Part shown: in pieces, positions 1 through 9,117 of the stretch
Layout: every line of letters begins with the position of its first letter
Numbering within the stretch: position 1 is the first letter of the stretch
Virus record (IMG/VR): IMGVR_UViG_3300031857_000002
Span: 186,001 to 250,000 of that record
Length of the DNA: 64,000 bases
Strand: one strand, 5' to 3'
The notes under the pieces: generated by a model
Told to the model about the DNA's origin: nothing
The model's database searches: none
The model's input: only the letters and a program-made list of their open reading frames with translations
Program-made: the position numbers and the translations under genes

Positions 1-3000
1 TTGGTAGTTGCCATCAAAGTTGTTTTCTCTTGCCCACAAAGAGGCCAATTCATTGGCTTTTGCTCTAGTGTTCTCTGCAGGGCGGAAACGATATAATTCA
101 CGATTTAATCCGTCAACTATTTTCCACTGTCCAGTTGGGCTTGTGGCAGCACGGCCTTGAGCCATTGGAATGTCTATGTCAACAAGTTCAAGGCCATCGG
201 CAGTGCGCACACTATAAAAATCATCAGGATGATTGCGACGATACTGTTCAAGTCTGGCCAAAGCAGCTTCGTCATTGGGTGCTAGGAAGGCTACCGCTGT
301 ATGTTGGCTACTTGGATCAAATATTTGATATTCTCTACCAGAGCTGGTGGCACGGCCTGCTGGTTCTTGCCTGCGCACAGGCCTAATGCTAAACATACGT
401 GCGGCTTGAGTGGGTTGTAATCCGTGCGGCCCATGTTGGAAATAATCTTCAAGATGAGCAATTGCTTCTGCTTCATTGGTAACTCTGTCAGGTGCATTTT
501 CTACTGAGTTACCAGTTTGTCTGTTGTAAATTTCATATTTGGTAGTTTGTTCAGTAGGTACGTCGCCAACACGTTCTGCTGACCAACCATTGGTGCTGAA
601 AAATTCTTCCTCAGTGCGCCCACCTACGTTTAGATTCCATTTTTGTCTGGCTTTTTGCATTGCTTCGAATTCATCGGTAGCAACAACTTCTACACCCAGT
701 CTTTGATAGGGAGAACTATTACTACCATAAACTTTCCAAATGGAGGGTTTAGATTTTTCATAATAAGGACTCAATGGTTTGGCACGTAGACTGCCACGGA
801 ACTGTATAGCCTGCGGTGTGTTGGGTTCATCTGGCGCCCAATAGCTTTCGTTAAATGCTTTGTCAATGGCTTCTTCTTTGGTTGTGGCCACAACTTCCAC
901 ACGACCATTACCCCAGGACACATTCCACCAGTAGCGTTGTCCACCAGTGTCGCCCTTCTTAAGTTTGTTAGCTAGATTCTTCTGCTGGAGTTCTTGAGCA
1001 GCTACTTTTCTAAAATCTTTAATGGCCTGTTGTGTTTCTTTGCTGAGTTTGCCGCCAGCCTCTTTCCCATCGCCCTGCAACGACGTCATGTACTTGGCAA
1101 ACTCTTCGATCATATCACCGTACTCGTCTTTGATGCCATCAGGGTTCAACAACTTATACAGTTTCTTCAAGTATTCTTCACGATACATTTCAGGATTTAT
1201 GGCCGCACTCATGGCCACTGTAAAGCGCAACAAGGTGTTTTCAATCTTGTCAAAGTTTTCATCCAGCCAATCGCCACCAGGTGAACGGAATTCAATGTGT
1301 CCGTCTTTGACGTTGATACTAGTGTACTTTGTGGTCACACCTGAGTGGATGGCCTTGCTGGCTGCTGTATCCAAGTGTGTTTTCATTTTTTCTAATGCTT
1401 GTTCTACTGCTTCAGGACGACTGCGAATGTTATCACGAATCATGCCCATGGCACTTTTGGCGTAGAAAGCACCAAGTCGACCAAAGCTGTCAGACACATA
1501 CTCGTCACCCATTAAGATAGCCAACTTAACAAAGTCCAAGTTTTCTCTGCTGTAGTCAGGCACTGAAACATTGATGTGCAATCCTGTTGAATCATTGGTG
1601 TAACACCCATATGATTTGGCCCATCGCTTGACCTTGTTTAGATCATTAAGAATCACATCAATGGGCAGGGGCGGGCTCACAAACTCCAGGCCTCTGTCTC
1701 CGTAGTCGTCGCCTTCTAAACTGCCATCAGGTTCAACCACATAGTGATGCGAACTTGTACTGGGTCTATCCACACTTCCTGCGTGATAATTGGTGCTGGC
1801 TTGAACATCTGTTCCTATAGCATCTTGGAAATCGTTAGCCACATCTTCTATGCTTCTATCACCACCACCCTGTGAATACCAGTGAGGCCAATTAATATCA
1901 TAATTGCTTTCAACGTCCTGCATGGTATTGATATTATTATCTTCCAGCCATTCTGATTCTAAATCTGCATTTTGATTAAAATCTTCTTGAGCGGATTCAC
2001 GTGCCGCATCATACCAGTAGTTGCCGTAGCTTGCTTCTATGACTTTTTCTGTAGCATCGCGATATGTTTGTTGATCAACGGTGTCTGGATAATTGTCTGC
2101 GTCAAGTTCAATGCCCAATATTTCTGCAATTTCTTCTGTGCTGGCGTTTTCTTTAAGGTAGTTGTAGACAAATTCTGATTCGTCGCTGTCCCAACTGCTG
2201 TCAAACTGTTCGCTTAGCCATTCGTAGTAATCATTTTGCATCCGTTCACGCAGTCTAGTGACATCGCCACGGCTGTTGTAATCGCCATCGTAGAAGAAGT
2301 CATAAGCCTCCTGTATGCTACTAACACCTTCATCGTAACTGTAATCTGCTTCCATTTGACCGTCGTCGTCGTCGCCGCCTTCAACATTGGGCACAATCAT
2401 TTCAAATTCCATACCAGCAATGGCGCCTGTCTTGGCAGCTTCGGCTCGTAGGTTCTTGCCGGTCATTTTGATTTCAAACAGTGCAACGCCTTCGTCAAAC
2501 TGCGCAAATTCTTCGTGCAGTTGGTTGGCAAATTCTTTCATCAACAGAGCAGGACGACCTTGTGCATCTGTTTGCAGACCCATCTTGTTGGCTTCTTTGC
2601 CTGTTTGCCCGGGATGCACATCCACTGTGAGTGCTGTGCTAAAACGTTTGTCCTTGGCCTGTGCCCGAGTGGGAATGTATCCTGAGCTTTCCTCTAGCGA
2701 TACATCTTTAAACATTTCGGGATGTTCATCAGACCAATGGCGCATGATTCTACCAGCCATGGCATTAGCTTCGTCTTCCCACCAACTGCCAGTTTCGCCT
2801 GCATTATCTGGCAATCGATCTTTTTCATTCTGTTTGCAATGGGTAAGCTCATGCGCCATTGTTCTTAGGATGTCTAACACATGACGTCCACTTGTGGCAA
2901 GATGCAACACGTTGTTATCTGGATTAAATTGGCCAAAACTACCTGTGGACTCGCTCCAGTCTGTGTTGTGATGCAACACCATTTCGGGAGCATTTTCAAT

Positions 3001-3951
3001 TTCTAAAAAGTCTATGCAATTATCAAAAAATCTTGCTAGAACACTATCAATATCAGCTTCATTCAAGAACATCTGTGTTGTTGGACTCACACCGTAAGGA
3101 GATATTGTAGCATCTTCTCTCATGCTCTCGCCGCCACCCCCGTCACCTCCACCTTCGCCGGCTTCTCCACCAAACGAGAATCCTGGTGTGTAGTATCCAC
3201 CAAACCCGTATCTCACACGAGATTTTTTCTTTTTCTTGCGTTCTTGCAAACTCAACTGTTGATCTTTGGCAGCAGTGCGAGCAGTGTATAACTTTTCAAT
3301 CAGACCCTGTGTGCGTAACATTTTGTAGGCTAGATTTTCAGGACCTAGTTCACCGTTCTTGTCCAAACCTGCTTGACGCATCTGTTTGATACGTGCGGCT
3401 GTTCGAGTAAGGCGATTGATATCATTGCTGTCAATGGCAGAGTCAATACGATGCTTCATCAGTTCGTACTTGCTTTTTACAGCACCGTCATTCACTGTGC
3501 TTTCTCTCTTGCGAGGAATAGCAGTCCAGTCGTTGTTTACTACTGAATAGATGCCTTGTGAGTGATGTGTTTGATTGGCGGGCTGAACATACAACTCCAC
3601 AGGATAGCCGCCAATTGATAAGTTGTGCTCATCATTATATTGGTACTTTTTGGCATTGAACAACTCACGATAAACTTCGTCGGTTTCATTTCGTGGAACG
3701 TCTACCACAAGGTGTAGGTCAATGTCCGAGTGTGGAGTATATGTATAACCAGCGTTGCTTCCGCTGAGTGTGATGTCTTTGACTTCCAGGTCAGACAGTC
3801 CTAGACTTTGTTTGAAATCTTTGGCAATGGCCAACAGTTTTCTGCGCACTTCTGGGCGCATGCGAGAACCTTGCCAAATGCGTGGGTTAAGTTCGTCATT
3901 AAACTTAACAGCATCGGCAAGGTTATAGGAATCTAGTTCGTTGATGTTCAT
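1..3951 (-). CDS. Giant multidomain protein (>=1317 aa, 3'-partial): Pol-beta-type nucleotidyltransferase + HExxH metallopeptidase-like + Amidoligase_2-like + C-terminal repeats
   Basis: I translated it by hand: ATG at 3951 and no in-frame stop down to base 1. It is missing from the track because it runs off the edge. Motifs: GSNAGY (3745-3762), SDIDLH (3712-3729), HELTH (2839-2853), EFE (2401-2409), GLEFVSPPL, GLHINVSV (1561-1584), IEFRSPGG (1273-1296). Confidence 0.85.
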   Translation of the reverse strand, partial: MNINELDSYNLADAVKFNDELNPRIWQGSRMRPEVRRKLLAIAKDFKQSLGLSDLEVKDITLSGSNAGYTYTPHSDIDLHLVVDVPRNETDEVYRELFNAKKYQYNDEHNLSIGGYPVELYVQPANQTHHSQGIYSVVNNDWTAIPRKRESTVNDGAVKSKYELMKHRIDSAIDSNDINRLTRTAARIKQMRQAGLDKNGELGPENLAYKMLRTQGLIEKLYTARTAAKDQQLSLQERKKKKKSRVRYGFGGYYTPGFSFGGEAGEGGGDGGGGESMREDATISPYGVSPTTQMFLNEADIDSVLARFFDNCIDFLEIENAPEMVLHHNTDWSESTGSFGQFNPDNNVLHLATSGRHVLDILRTMAHELTHCKQNEKDRLPDNAGETGSWWEDEANAMAGRIMRHWSDEHPEMFKDVSLEESSGYIPTRAQAKDKRFSTALTVDVHPGQTGKEANKMGLQTDAQGRPALLMKEFANQLHEEFAQFDEGVALFEIKMTGKNLRAEAAKTGAIAGMEFEMIVPNVEGGDDDDGQMEADYSYDEGVSSIQEAYDFFYDGDYNSRGDVTRLRERMQNDYYEWLSEQFDSSWDSDESEFVYNYLKENASTEEIAEILGIELDADNYPDTVDQQTYRDATEKVIEASYGNYWYDAARESAQEDFNQNADLESEWLEDNNINTMQDVESNYDINWPHWYSQGGGDRSIEDVANDFQDAIGTDVQASTNYHAGSVDRPSTSSHHYVVEPDGSLEGDDYGDRGLEFVSPPLPIDVILNDLNKVKRWAKSYGCYTNDSTGLHINVSVPDYSRENLDFVKLAILMGDEYVSDSFGRLGAFYAKSAMGMIRDNIRSRPEAVEQALEKMKTHLDTAASKAIHSGVTTKYTSINVKDGHIEFRSPGGDWLDENFDKIENTLLRFTVAMSAAINPEMYREEYLKKLYKLLNPDGIKDEYGDMIEEFAKYMTSLQGDGKEAGGKLSKETQQAIKDFRKVAAQELQQKNLANKLKKGDTGGQRYWWNVSWGNGRVEVVATTKEEAIDKAFNESYWAPDEPNTPQAIQFRGSLRAKPLSPYYEKSKPSIWKVYGSNSSPYQRLGVEVVATDEFEAMQKARQKWNLNVGGRTEEEFFSTNGWSAERVGDVPTEQTTKYEIYNRQTGNSVENAPDRVTNEAEAIAHLEDYFQHGPHGLQPTQAARMFSIRPVRRQEPAGRATSSGREYQIFDPSSQHTAVAFLAPNDEAALARLEQYRRNHPDDFYSVRTADGLELVDIDIPMAQGRAATSPTGQWKIVDGLNRELYRFRPAENTRAKANELASLWARENNFDGNYQ

Positions 3952-3968
3952 ACGAACTATATTTACCG

Positions 3969-4850
3969 TCAGTCTGCGTTAGCTACTTTCTTGCTAGACG
4001 CCAACACAGTGGCTTCTACAGGCGGTGCAGGTTCAGCAGCCAGTTGATGTGGTGTTGCTGGCACAGGGTTTACAGGCACAGGCATGGACTTGGGCAAGCC
4101 GCCTGCCAAGTGCATTTCATGCAGATCTTGATAGAGTTTTTCGTGTGTGCCAAAGTCAAACACATAGGTACCTGTGTGCTTGAGCAACACACGTTTGTCC
4201 ACAAAAATCTGTCCACCTAGATCACGCCAGTTTTCACAGAATGTCCAGTCTTCTGAATAGTAGCGGCCTTCACGCACAGCAGTATCAAAGTAGGTTTTCA
4301 TGTGTACGTTGAGTGCAGGATCAAGTCCAATGTCATTGGTAAATGGCTTCACAGCAGGGTGTGCAGTGAGTTTGTCAAACACATGACGCTTCATGAGCAA
4401 GAAACCTGTGCCTGTTTTGGTAACTTCTACTAGACCACTTGGATCGTTTTCTTCTGCACCAGGAATGCCGTTCACACACCACTTGACCGGCAGGCTTTTC
4501 ATTGGATACAAACCACCAATAACGTCTTTGTCAGCATTGAGCAAGGCCAACAGGTGCCATGGCTCCCAGCCAATGTCTGCGTCAATAAACATCAGGTGTG
4601 TGCTACCTTCTGTGCAAAGGAACTTGGCAGTAAGGGTATTACGTGCTCGGCTGATCAGTGATTCATTGGTCATTGTTTCCACAGTCCAATCAATGCCCAA
4701 TTGGCGGCATGTATTGGCCCATTTAATAAAGCTCATGAATGTGGACTCAGTGAGTTGTCCGCCATAACAGGGCATGCAGATATGCACTCGTGTAGTCTTT
4801 AGATAATCAAGATTAACTTGAATTTGCTGTTCAGCCATTGGGTTCTCCAT
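3969..4850 (-). CDS. Glycosyltransferase (GT-A fold, GT2-like)
   Basis: ESLISRARN, FIDADIGW (DxD), GTGFLLMKRHVF and SEDWTFC motifs. Confidence 0.7.
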   Translation of the reverse strand: MENPMAEQQIQVNLDYLKTTRVHICMPCYGGQLTESTFMSFIKWANTCRQLGIDWTVETMTNESLISRARNTLTAKFLCTEGSTHLMFIDADIGWEPWHLLALLNADKDVIGGLYPMKSLPVKWCVNGIPGAEENDPSGLVEVTKTGTGFLLMKRHVFDKLTAHPAVKPFTNDIGLDPALNVHMKTYFDTAVREGRYYSEDWTFCENWRDLGGQIFVDKRVLLKHTGTYVFDFGTHEKLYQDLHEMHLAGGLPKSMPVPVNPVPATPHQLAAEPAPPVEATVLASSKKVANAD

Positions 4851-4894
4851 AAAATTGTGTAATATTTACATTGTAGCACAGCACTGGCAAAATT

Positions 4895-6013
4895 TCAAGC
4901 TCTTGTGATAAAATTGTAGAATTCTGGGTGAGTGTGTTGATAACTCTGATTGGTAATAGCATCGTAGTCTTGAATGTACTGTAAGAATGGACCATAAGGA
5001 TCGTCTACCACTGTGATATAACTACTGATATGCGCCAATTCAGGCACACAGGCAATGCGAGTTAACACAGCATCACGCACATCTGCAGTCATTGCAGTGG
5101 CCGAGCAATGTGCCCGTAATCCTGGGAACCAAGTGAACGCATTGTAATTTTTCTTTAACCAAGGAAATGTTCTATTCAGAAAGGCATCTAATTCAGCAAG
5201 ATAAAAAATGTTCAACATGCTGTAGGTAGTTTGTGCAAAGTAGTCAAAGTCTGGGCATTGTTTGCGGAACCAGTGCATGTTGTCCACAACACGAGCCCAG
5301 TCAGCACCATGGCGTTGATATTCAAATCGTTGGTCCATGTCATCAATGCTGAAGTACATGGTCACATGTTCACACTTGTTTAGAATATCCAAAAACTTTT
5401 TGTTTGGTCGTTGGGTGCCATTGGTCACAACAACAACTTCTAAATCATTGTAGTCTCGATACTTGCCCATGTTGGCAAAGAACTCTAGGTAGTTGGATTC
5501 CATAAACGGCTCGCCGCCCTGCATCTGCACAGTTTTTAGTGAGAGAAACAATTCAGGATCATCAATCACAGGTTGATTTCTAGCTTGGTATCTAGTGGCA
5601 GGATCAAAGTAATTCCATTCTGGCGGTGCAATAGCCTGCCACTTTGAACTACTCCACGGACCGCATATGGCACAGGCAAGGTTGCACAAGTTTCCCAGAT
5701 TCAAATCAATCTTGCCATTGCGAGAGCCACGTGGACGAAGGTTAGCAGTTTGCCTTGAACTTTGCAAGCCCATGCTTTCTGTGTGATAGCAAGTGTTGCA
5801 TCCTGCTACAGGACGTCCTGCCTCAGTCTCATCTCTAAGATGCTGTATCCAAGGCGCAGAGTTATGGCCATGATAGATTTGATCAAACCCTGTATTCAAC
5901 ACAGCAGTTTCTGCGCTTTGATAAAGGCAGCATGGTTTATGTGTTAACTGATCGTTGGTTTGGCTGAGATACATGCGGTCCTTAAGTTCCGCACAACGGG
6001 TATCTTGATTCAT
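4895..6013 (-). CDS. Radical SAM protein with additional N-terminal Cys motif
   Basis: CNLACAIC (CxxxCxxC), GGEPF, N-terminal KPCC...CNTC. Confidence 0.85.
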   Translation of the reverse strand: MNQDTRCAELKDRMYLSQTNDQLTHKPCCLYQSAETAVLNTGFDQIYHGHNSAPWIQHLRDETEAGRPVAGCNTCYHTESMGLQSSRQTANLRPRGSRNGKIDLNLGNLCNLACAICGPWSSSKWQAIAPPEWNYFDPATRYQARNQPVIDDPELFLSLKTVQMQGGEPFMESNYLEFFANMGKYRDYNDLEVVVVTNGTQRPNKKFLDILNKCEHVTMYFSIDDMDQRFEYQRHGADWARVVDNMHWFRKQCPDFDYFAQTTYSMLNIFYLAELDAFLNRTFPWLKKNYNAFTWFPGLRAHCSATAMTADVRDAVLTRIACVPELAHISSYITVVDDPYGPFLQYIQDYDAITNQSYQHTHPEFYNFITRA

Positions 6014-6016
6014 TGT

Positions 6017-7453
6017 TTATTGTTTTTTGGCTTCGTCAATATAGTCGGCATTTTCTTTAAATGCTAACTTGTTGGTTCTCAAACGGTTGATGGCAATTTC
6101 CAGAGCACGATCCAGTTTTAGATTCAGTGCTTGATAGTTGTCAGCGGCCGCGCCACGCACCAGCAAGCGAGTGTCAAAGTCCTGTTGCATTGCTGGCGTT
6201 AACAGTCCTTTGTATTCTAGTTTTTGTGACAGAGCATCCAACTGCTGTTGCTTTTTGATAGCCTGATCCAACTGTGCAATTCTGTTTTTTAGTACAGAAT
6301 GTTTTTCGCCAGGCTGTGCCACAGGCACAGCCGGTGGATTGAATCGTTGCTTGGGTTGTTGTCCTGCTAGTTTTGTACTGTTAGCACGGAAATCCTGTTC
6401 CCATTGGTCAACTTCTTGTTGACGTTGTTGTTCAATGTTTTGCTTGGCTTGCTGTAATGCGTTGAATGCATCAGGCTTGAGTCCTTCATACGTAGCAGCC
6501 CAGCCTTGATTTTCACTAACCTTGTCCGAAGATTCAAATGAGAAATCACTTGGTTTAAACTGTGGATACTTGGCAATAACTTTGGCAATGTACCGGTCCA
6601 GGATTTCATAGGGTATATCTGTAGCAACCAATTTAGGGATCTTGCCTGATCTCACATAGATGCTGACCTTGCCTGGATGCATGATTCTTTGAACAAATGG
6701 CCCTTCTGCTACTGGCTGGTTCTCGCGACGTTGGTAACCAGCAGTCATTCCGCCTACAAAGTTTTGTGCATCCACTTCGTCCAACCCACGTTGTTTTCTT
6801 TGTTTGTGTATGCTCTTGAATTGATTACGTTTGTTCGGGCGTGGAAGGTTATCCAACGCACTCTCATCTACTACACCCATTGCTGTGTCCAACAGTTTGA
6901 CCACAGTGGCAGCTAGTTTAGGATTGGTTTGTGTCTTGGGGTACAAGCTCATTACCAGAGCTGTTTTGCGTTTTTCGTTTAGCCGGGGCCATGCACCGCG
7001 AATCTCTGTTGCTGATGTCATGCCAGGACCAAACTCCACAGTAGGCAAGTAGGTCATGTAAGCACGTTGGCTTAAAGGCTGATCGCTAGCGTCATTGTAT
7101 GGTTGTAGATAACTGGGTGTGCCATCTTTCTTAGTGCCTCCAGGACGAGGCTGTGATCCTGCGTCTTTTTCACTGCGCACAAAGATCAACTGTGTGTTGT
7201 TGGGATCGTACTTGTGTACAATTTCTTCAGCACGAAAAGGTGATTTAACCTGTGTAAATCTACCTTTTGGGACACCTGCTAGTTGTGCAAGTTTTTCTTT
7301 GACCGGGAATGGAAACGGTCGTGTGCTGGTATCATTGGTAGCAGCCACATATACATCAGCACCAGGAAATGCTTCTACGGCAGATTGATAAAGTGCGGCG
7401 TGCCCCGCATGAAAAGGGTGAAATCCCCCGGGCATGATTACTAACTGTTTCAT
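6017..7453 (-). CDS. HxGH (cytidylyltransferase-like) nucleotidyltransferase with long modular C-terminal extension
   Basis: PGGFHPFHAGH at the N-terminus and TSATEIR (KMSKS-like); the extension is punctuated by VDE/LDE/VAE/VSE/IDE. Confidence 0.7.
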   Translation of the reverse strand: MKQLVIMPGGFHPFHAGHAALYQSAVEAFPGADVYVAATNDTSTRPFPFPVKEKLAQLAGVPKGRFTQVKSPFRAEEIVHKYDPNNTQLIFVRSEKDAGSQPRPGGTKKDGTPSYLQPYNDASDQPLSQRAYMTYLPTVEFGPGMTSATEIRGAWPRLNEKRKTALVMSLYPKTQTNPKLAATVVKLLDTAMGVVDESALDNLPRPNKRNQFKSIHKQRKQRGLDEVDAQNFVGGMTAGYQRRENQPVAEGPFVQRIMHPGKVSIYVRSGKIPKLVATDIPYEILDRYIAKVIAKYPQFKPSDFSFESSDKVSENQGWAATYEGLKPDAFNALQQAKQNIEQQRQQEVDQWEQDFRANSTKLAGQQPKQRFNPPAVPVAQPGEKHSVLKNRIAQLDQAIKKQQQLDALSQKLEYKGLLTPAMQQDFDTRLLVRGAAADNYQALNLKLDRALEIAINRLRTNKLAFKENADYIDEAKKQ

Positions 7454-7468
7454 AGCTAGTATTTAGCG

Positions 7469-7906
7469 TTACATGTTTTCCAGCAACCAAAGATATAAAG
7501 GTGTAGTGAATTTCAAGCTAACCGTGCCGTTACAGCCCATGCTTCCAAAAAATTTATCTTCTACACTGGATTGACTGCCGTTAAAATCGTGTGTGTAAAC
7601 TGTTTTGTTAAAAAACAATTGCCCCAGATCAATTTCGTCAAATGTTATGTCACTGATAGTCAATATTACATCACGAACAATATTACCTGTGTCATCAAGT
7701 TCCGTATGTTCTGGAATCTTGTGTTTCATTACAATACGTAATTCATGATTGCCATCGTCGTCATCGAGTGTATGAGAAAAATGCACAATACGATCCACAT
7801 GTTCGACGTTAACCACGCAGATATTGTCAATCCAAACTTCGGTGCCGATGGGTATTTTTTTATCACTGGAGTCAACGAATCCAGAAATTGTAGTGGTATT
7901 TGTCAT
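7469..7906 (-). CDS. Hypothetical protein
   Basis: 145-aa ORF in co-directional operon, abuts upstream gene. Confidence 0.6.
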   Translation of the reverse strand: MTNTTTISGFVDSSDKKIPIGTEVWIDNICVVNVEHVDRIVHFSHTLDDDDGNHELRIVMKHKIPEHTELDDTGNIVRDVILTISDITFDEIDLGQLFFNKTVYTHDFNGSQSSVEDKFFGSMGCNGTVSLKFTTPLYLWLLENM

Positions 7907-8274
7907 TAATAAGATATGTTAACAGAATTTATTGTACCGCCACTGAATGCTTCTACCCGCACACGCATCCAGGTAAAATTGCCGGTAATTGTGAATACTT
8001 GGTAGGATGTAAGTGGTGATGTTGAACCGTCGCCATACGTTTGGGTAGTAAACCAAGTGGCAGTTTGTGCATCTGCATCCAGTGTTGCTTCCAAAATTAT
8101 GTCGCCTTCAAACGCACTTGTACTAACCGCCAAGGTTTGTATGTTGCCCTGTCCGCGATAGTAATTGGCAGCTTTGACTCCATCACTTGCCCAGTCTTGA
8201 CTGCTGCCGTCATAGTTGCCCGAAGGCACACCATAAACAACATTAGTTAGAATAGCCTGTGTAGAGATGGTCAT
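7906..8274 (-). CDS. Hypothetical beta-rich protein, possibly virion-associated
   Basis: 122-aa T/S/G-rich ORF ending in TWMRVRVEAFSGGTINSVNISY. Confidence 0.6.
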   Translation of the reverse strand: MTISTQAILTNVVYGVPSGNYDGSSQDWASDGVKAANYYRGQGNIQTLAVSTSAFEGDIILEATLDADAQTATWFTTQTYGDGSTSPLTSYQVFTITGNFTWMRVRVEAFSGGTINSVNISY

Positions 8275-8444
8275 TGATTAAGTTCAACTTCCACAATAAC
8301 TGAGTCGCCAACAAGTTCTTCAGTTACTGATGTTAGTGCTTGAACCACATCAGGAGTAGCAATGTCGCCAATCCCAATAACTTCAGTTTCTTTGATCAAC
8401 TTGTACAGTTTAATAACAATGATTTCTTCGTGTATTTTTGCCAT
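8271..8444 (-). CDS. Small hypothetical protein (57 aa, not in track)
   Basis: Manual translation MAKIHEEIIVIKLYKL...VIVEVELNQ; TAAATA 7 nt upstream; ATGA overlap with next gene. Confidence 0.65.
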   Translation of the reverse strand: MAKIHEEIIVIKLYKLIKETEVIGIGDIATPDVVQALTSVTEELVGDSVIVEVELNQ

Positions 8445-8454
8445 AGTGTTGTAT

Positions 8455-9117
8455 TTAGTTACGAGCCTGTATAGGCAGGGTCTTTCGAACCAGTTGTGGG
8501 CATGCTAGATTTATAAACAGCGCATCTTTTTCGTTGTCATGATCCACAAAGTAATTTGAAGGGATCCACATTCGTTGGCCGTTTAGTAACATTTTAAATC
8601 CTGGGCTGGGACGAAATTGATCTGCTCGTGTGAAAAAGTATTTCTTTATGAGTTCTCTTTGCGACTCATCTAGATAGCGTTCACGAAAATAGGTTCTAAA
8701 CTTGTGTTGGGGATTGTTTAGCACAACACAATCTGCGGGCAAACACACATCAGCTTGCTTGTGCTCAACTAACTTTGTGCCCGGATGTGCTACAACCGCC
8801 GCAAAATCTTCTGGAGTGTTGGTGTAGAACCACATGGTGTTGTTGCACACCACTTTCTTAAAGGGATTCTTGATGGCCAGCAAGAGATCACATACTTCGT
8901 GCAATCGTTCTTGATCACGATCTGATATAACTGTTCTAGTGCCACTGCTACGCCAATTCTGCAGATAGGTGTTACGCCAATAGATAGTGTTGTCAATACT
9001 TTTGTGGCTTAACTGGCGCATCATATTGCCTTCGGGAATCCACCATATCAAGCAGTGATAATACTGCTTGTAATATGGTTCGCTACGTTGCTCAATGTTT
9101 ACGTCAATATCAAACAT
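8455..9117 (-). CDS. Hypothetical protein
   Basis: Long ORF; start reassigned to MFDIDVN at 9117, which overlaps the clpA stop. Confidence 0.6.
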   Translation of the reverse strand: MFDIDVNIEQRSEPYYKQYYHCLIWWIPEGNMMRQLSHKSIDNTIYWRNTYLQNWRSSGTRTVISDRDQERLHEVCDLLLAIKNPFKKVVCNNTMWFYTNTPEDFAAVVAHPGTKLVEHKQADVCLPADCVVLNNPQHKFRTYFRERYLDESQRELIKKYFFTRADQFRPSPGFKMLLNGQRMWIPSNYFVDHDNEKDALFINLACPQLVRKTLPIQARN

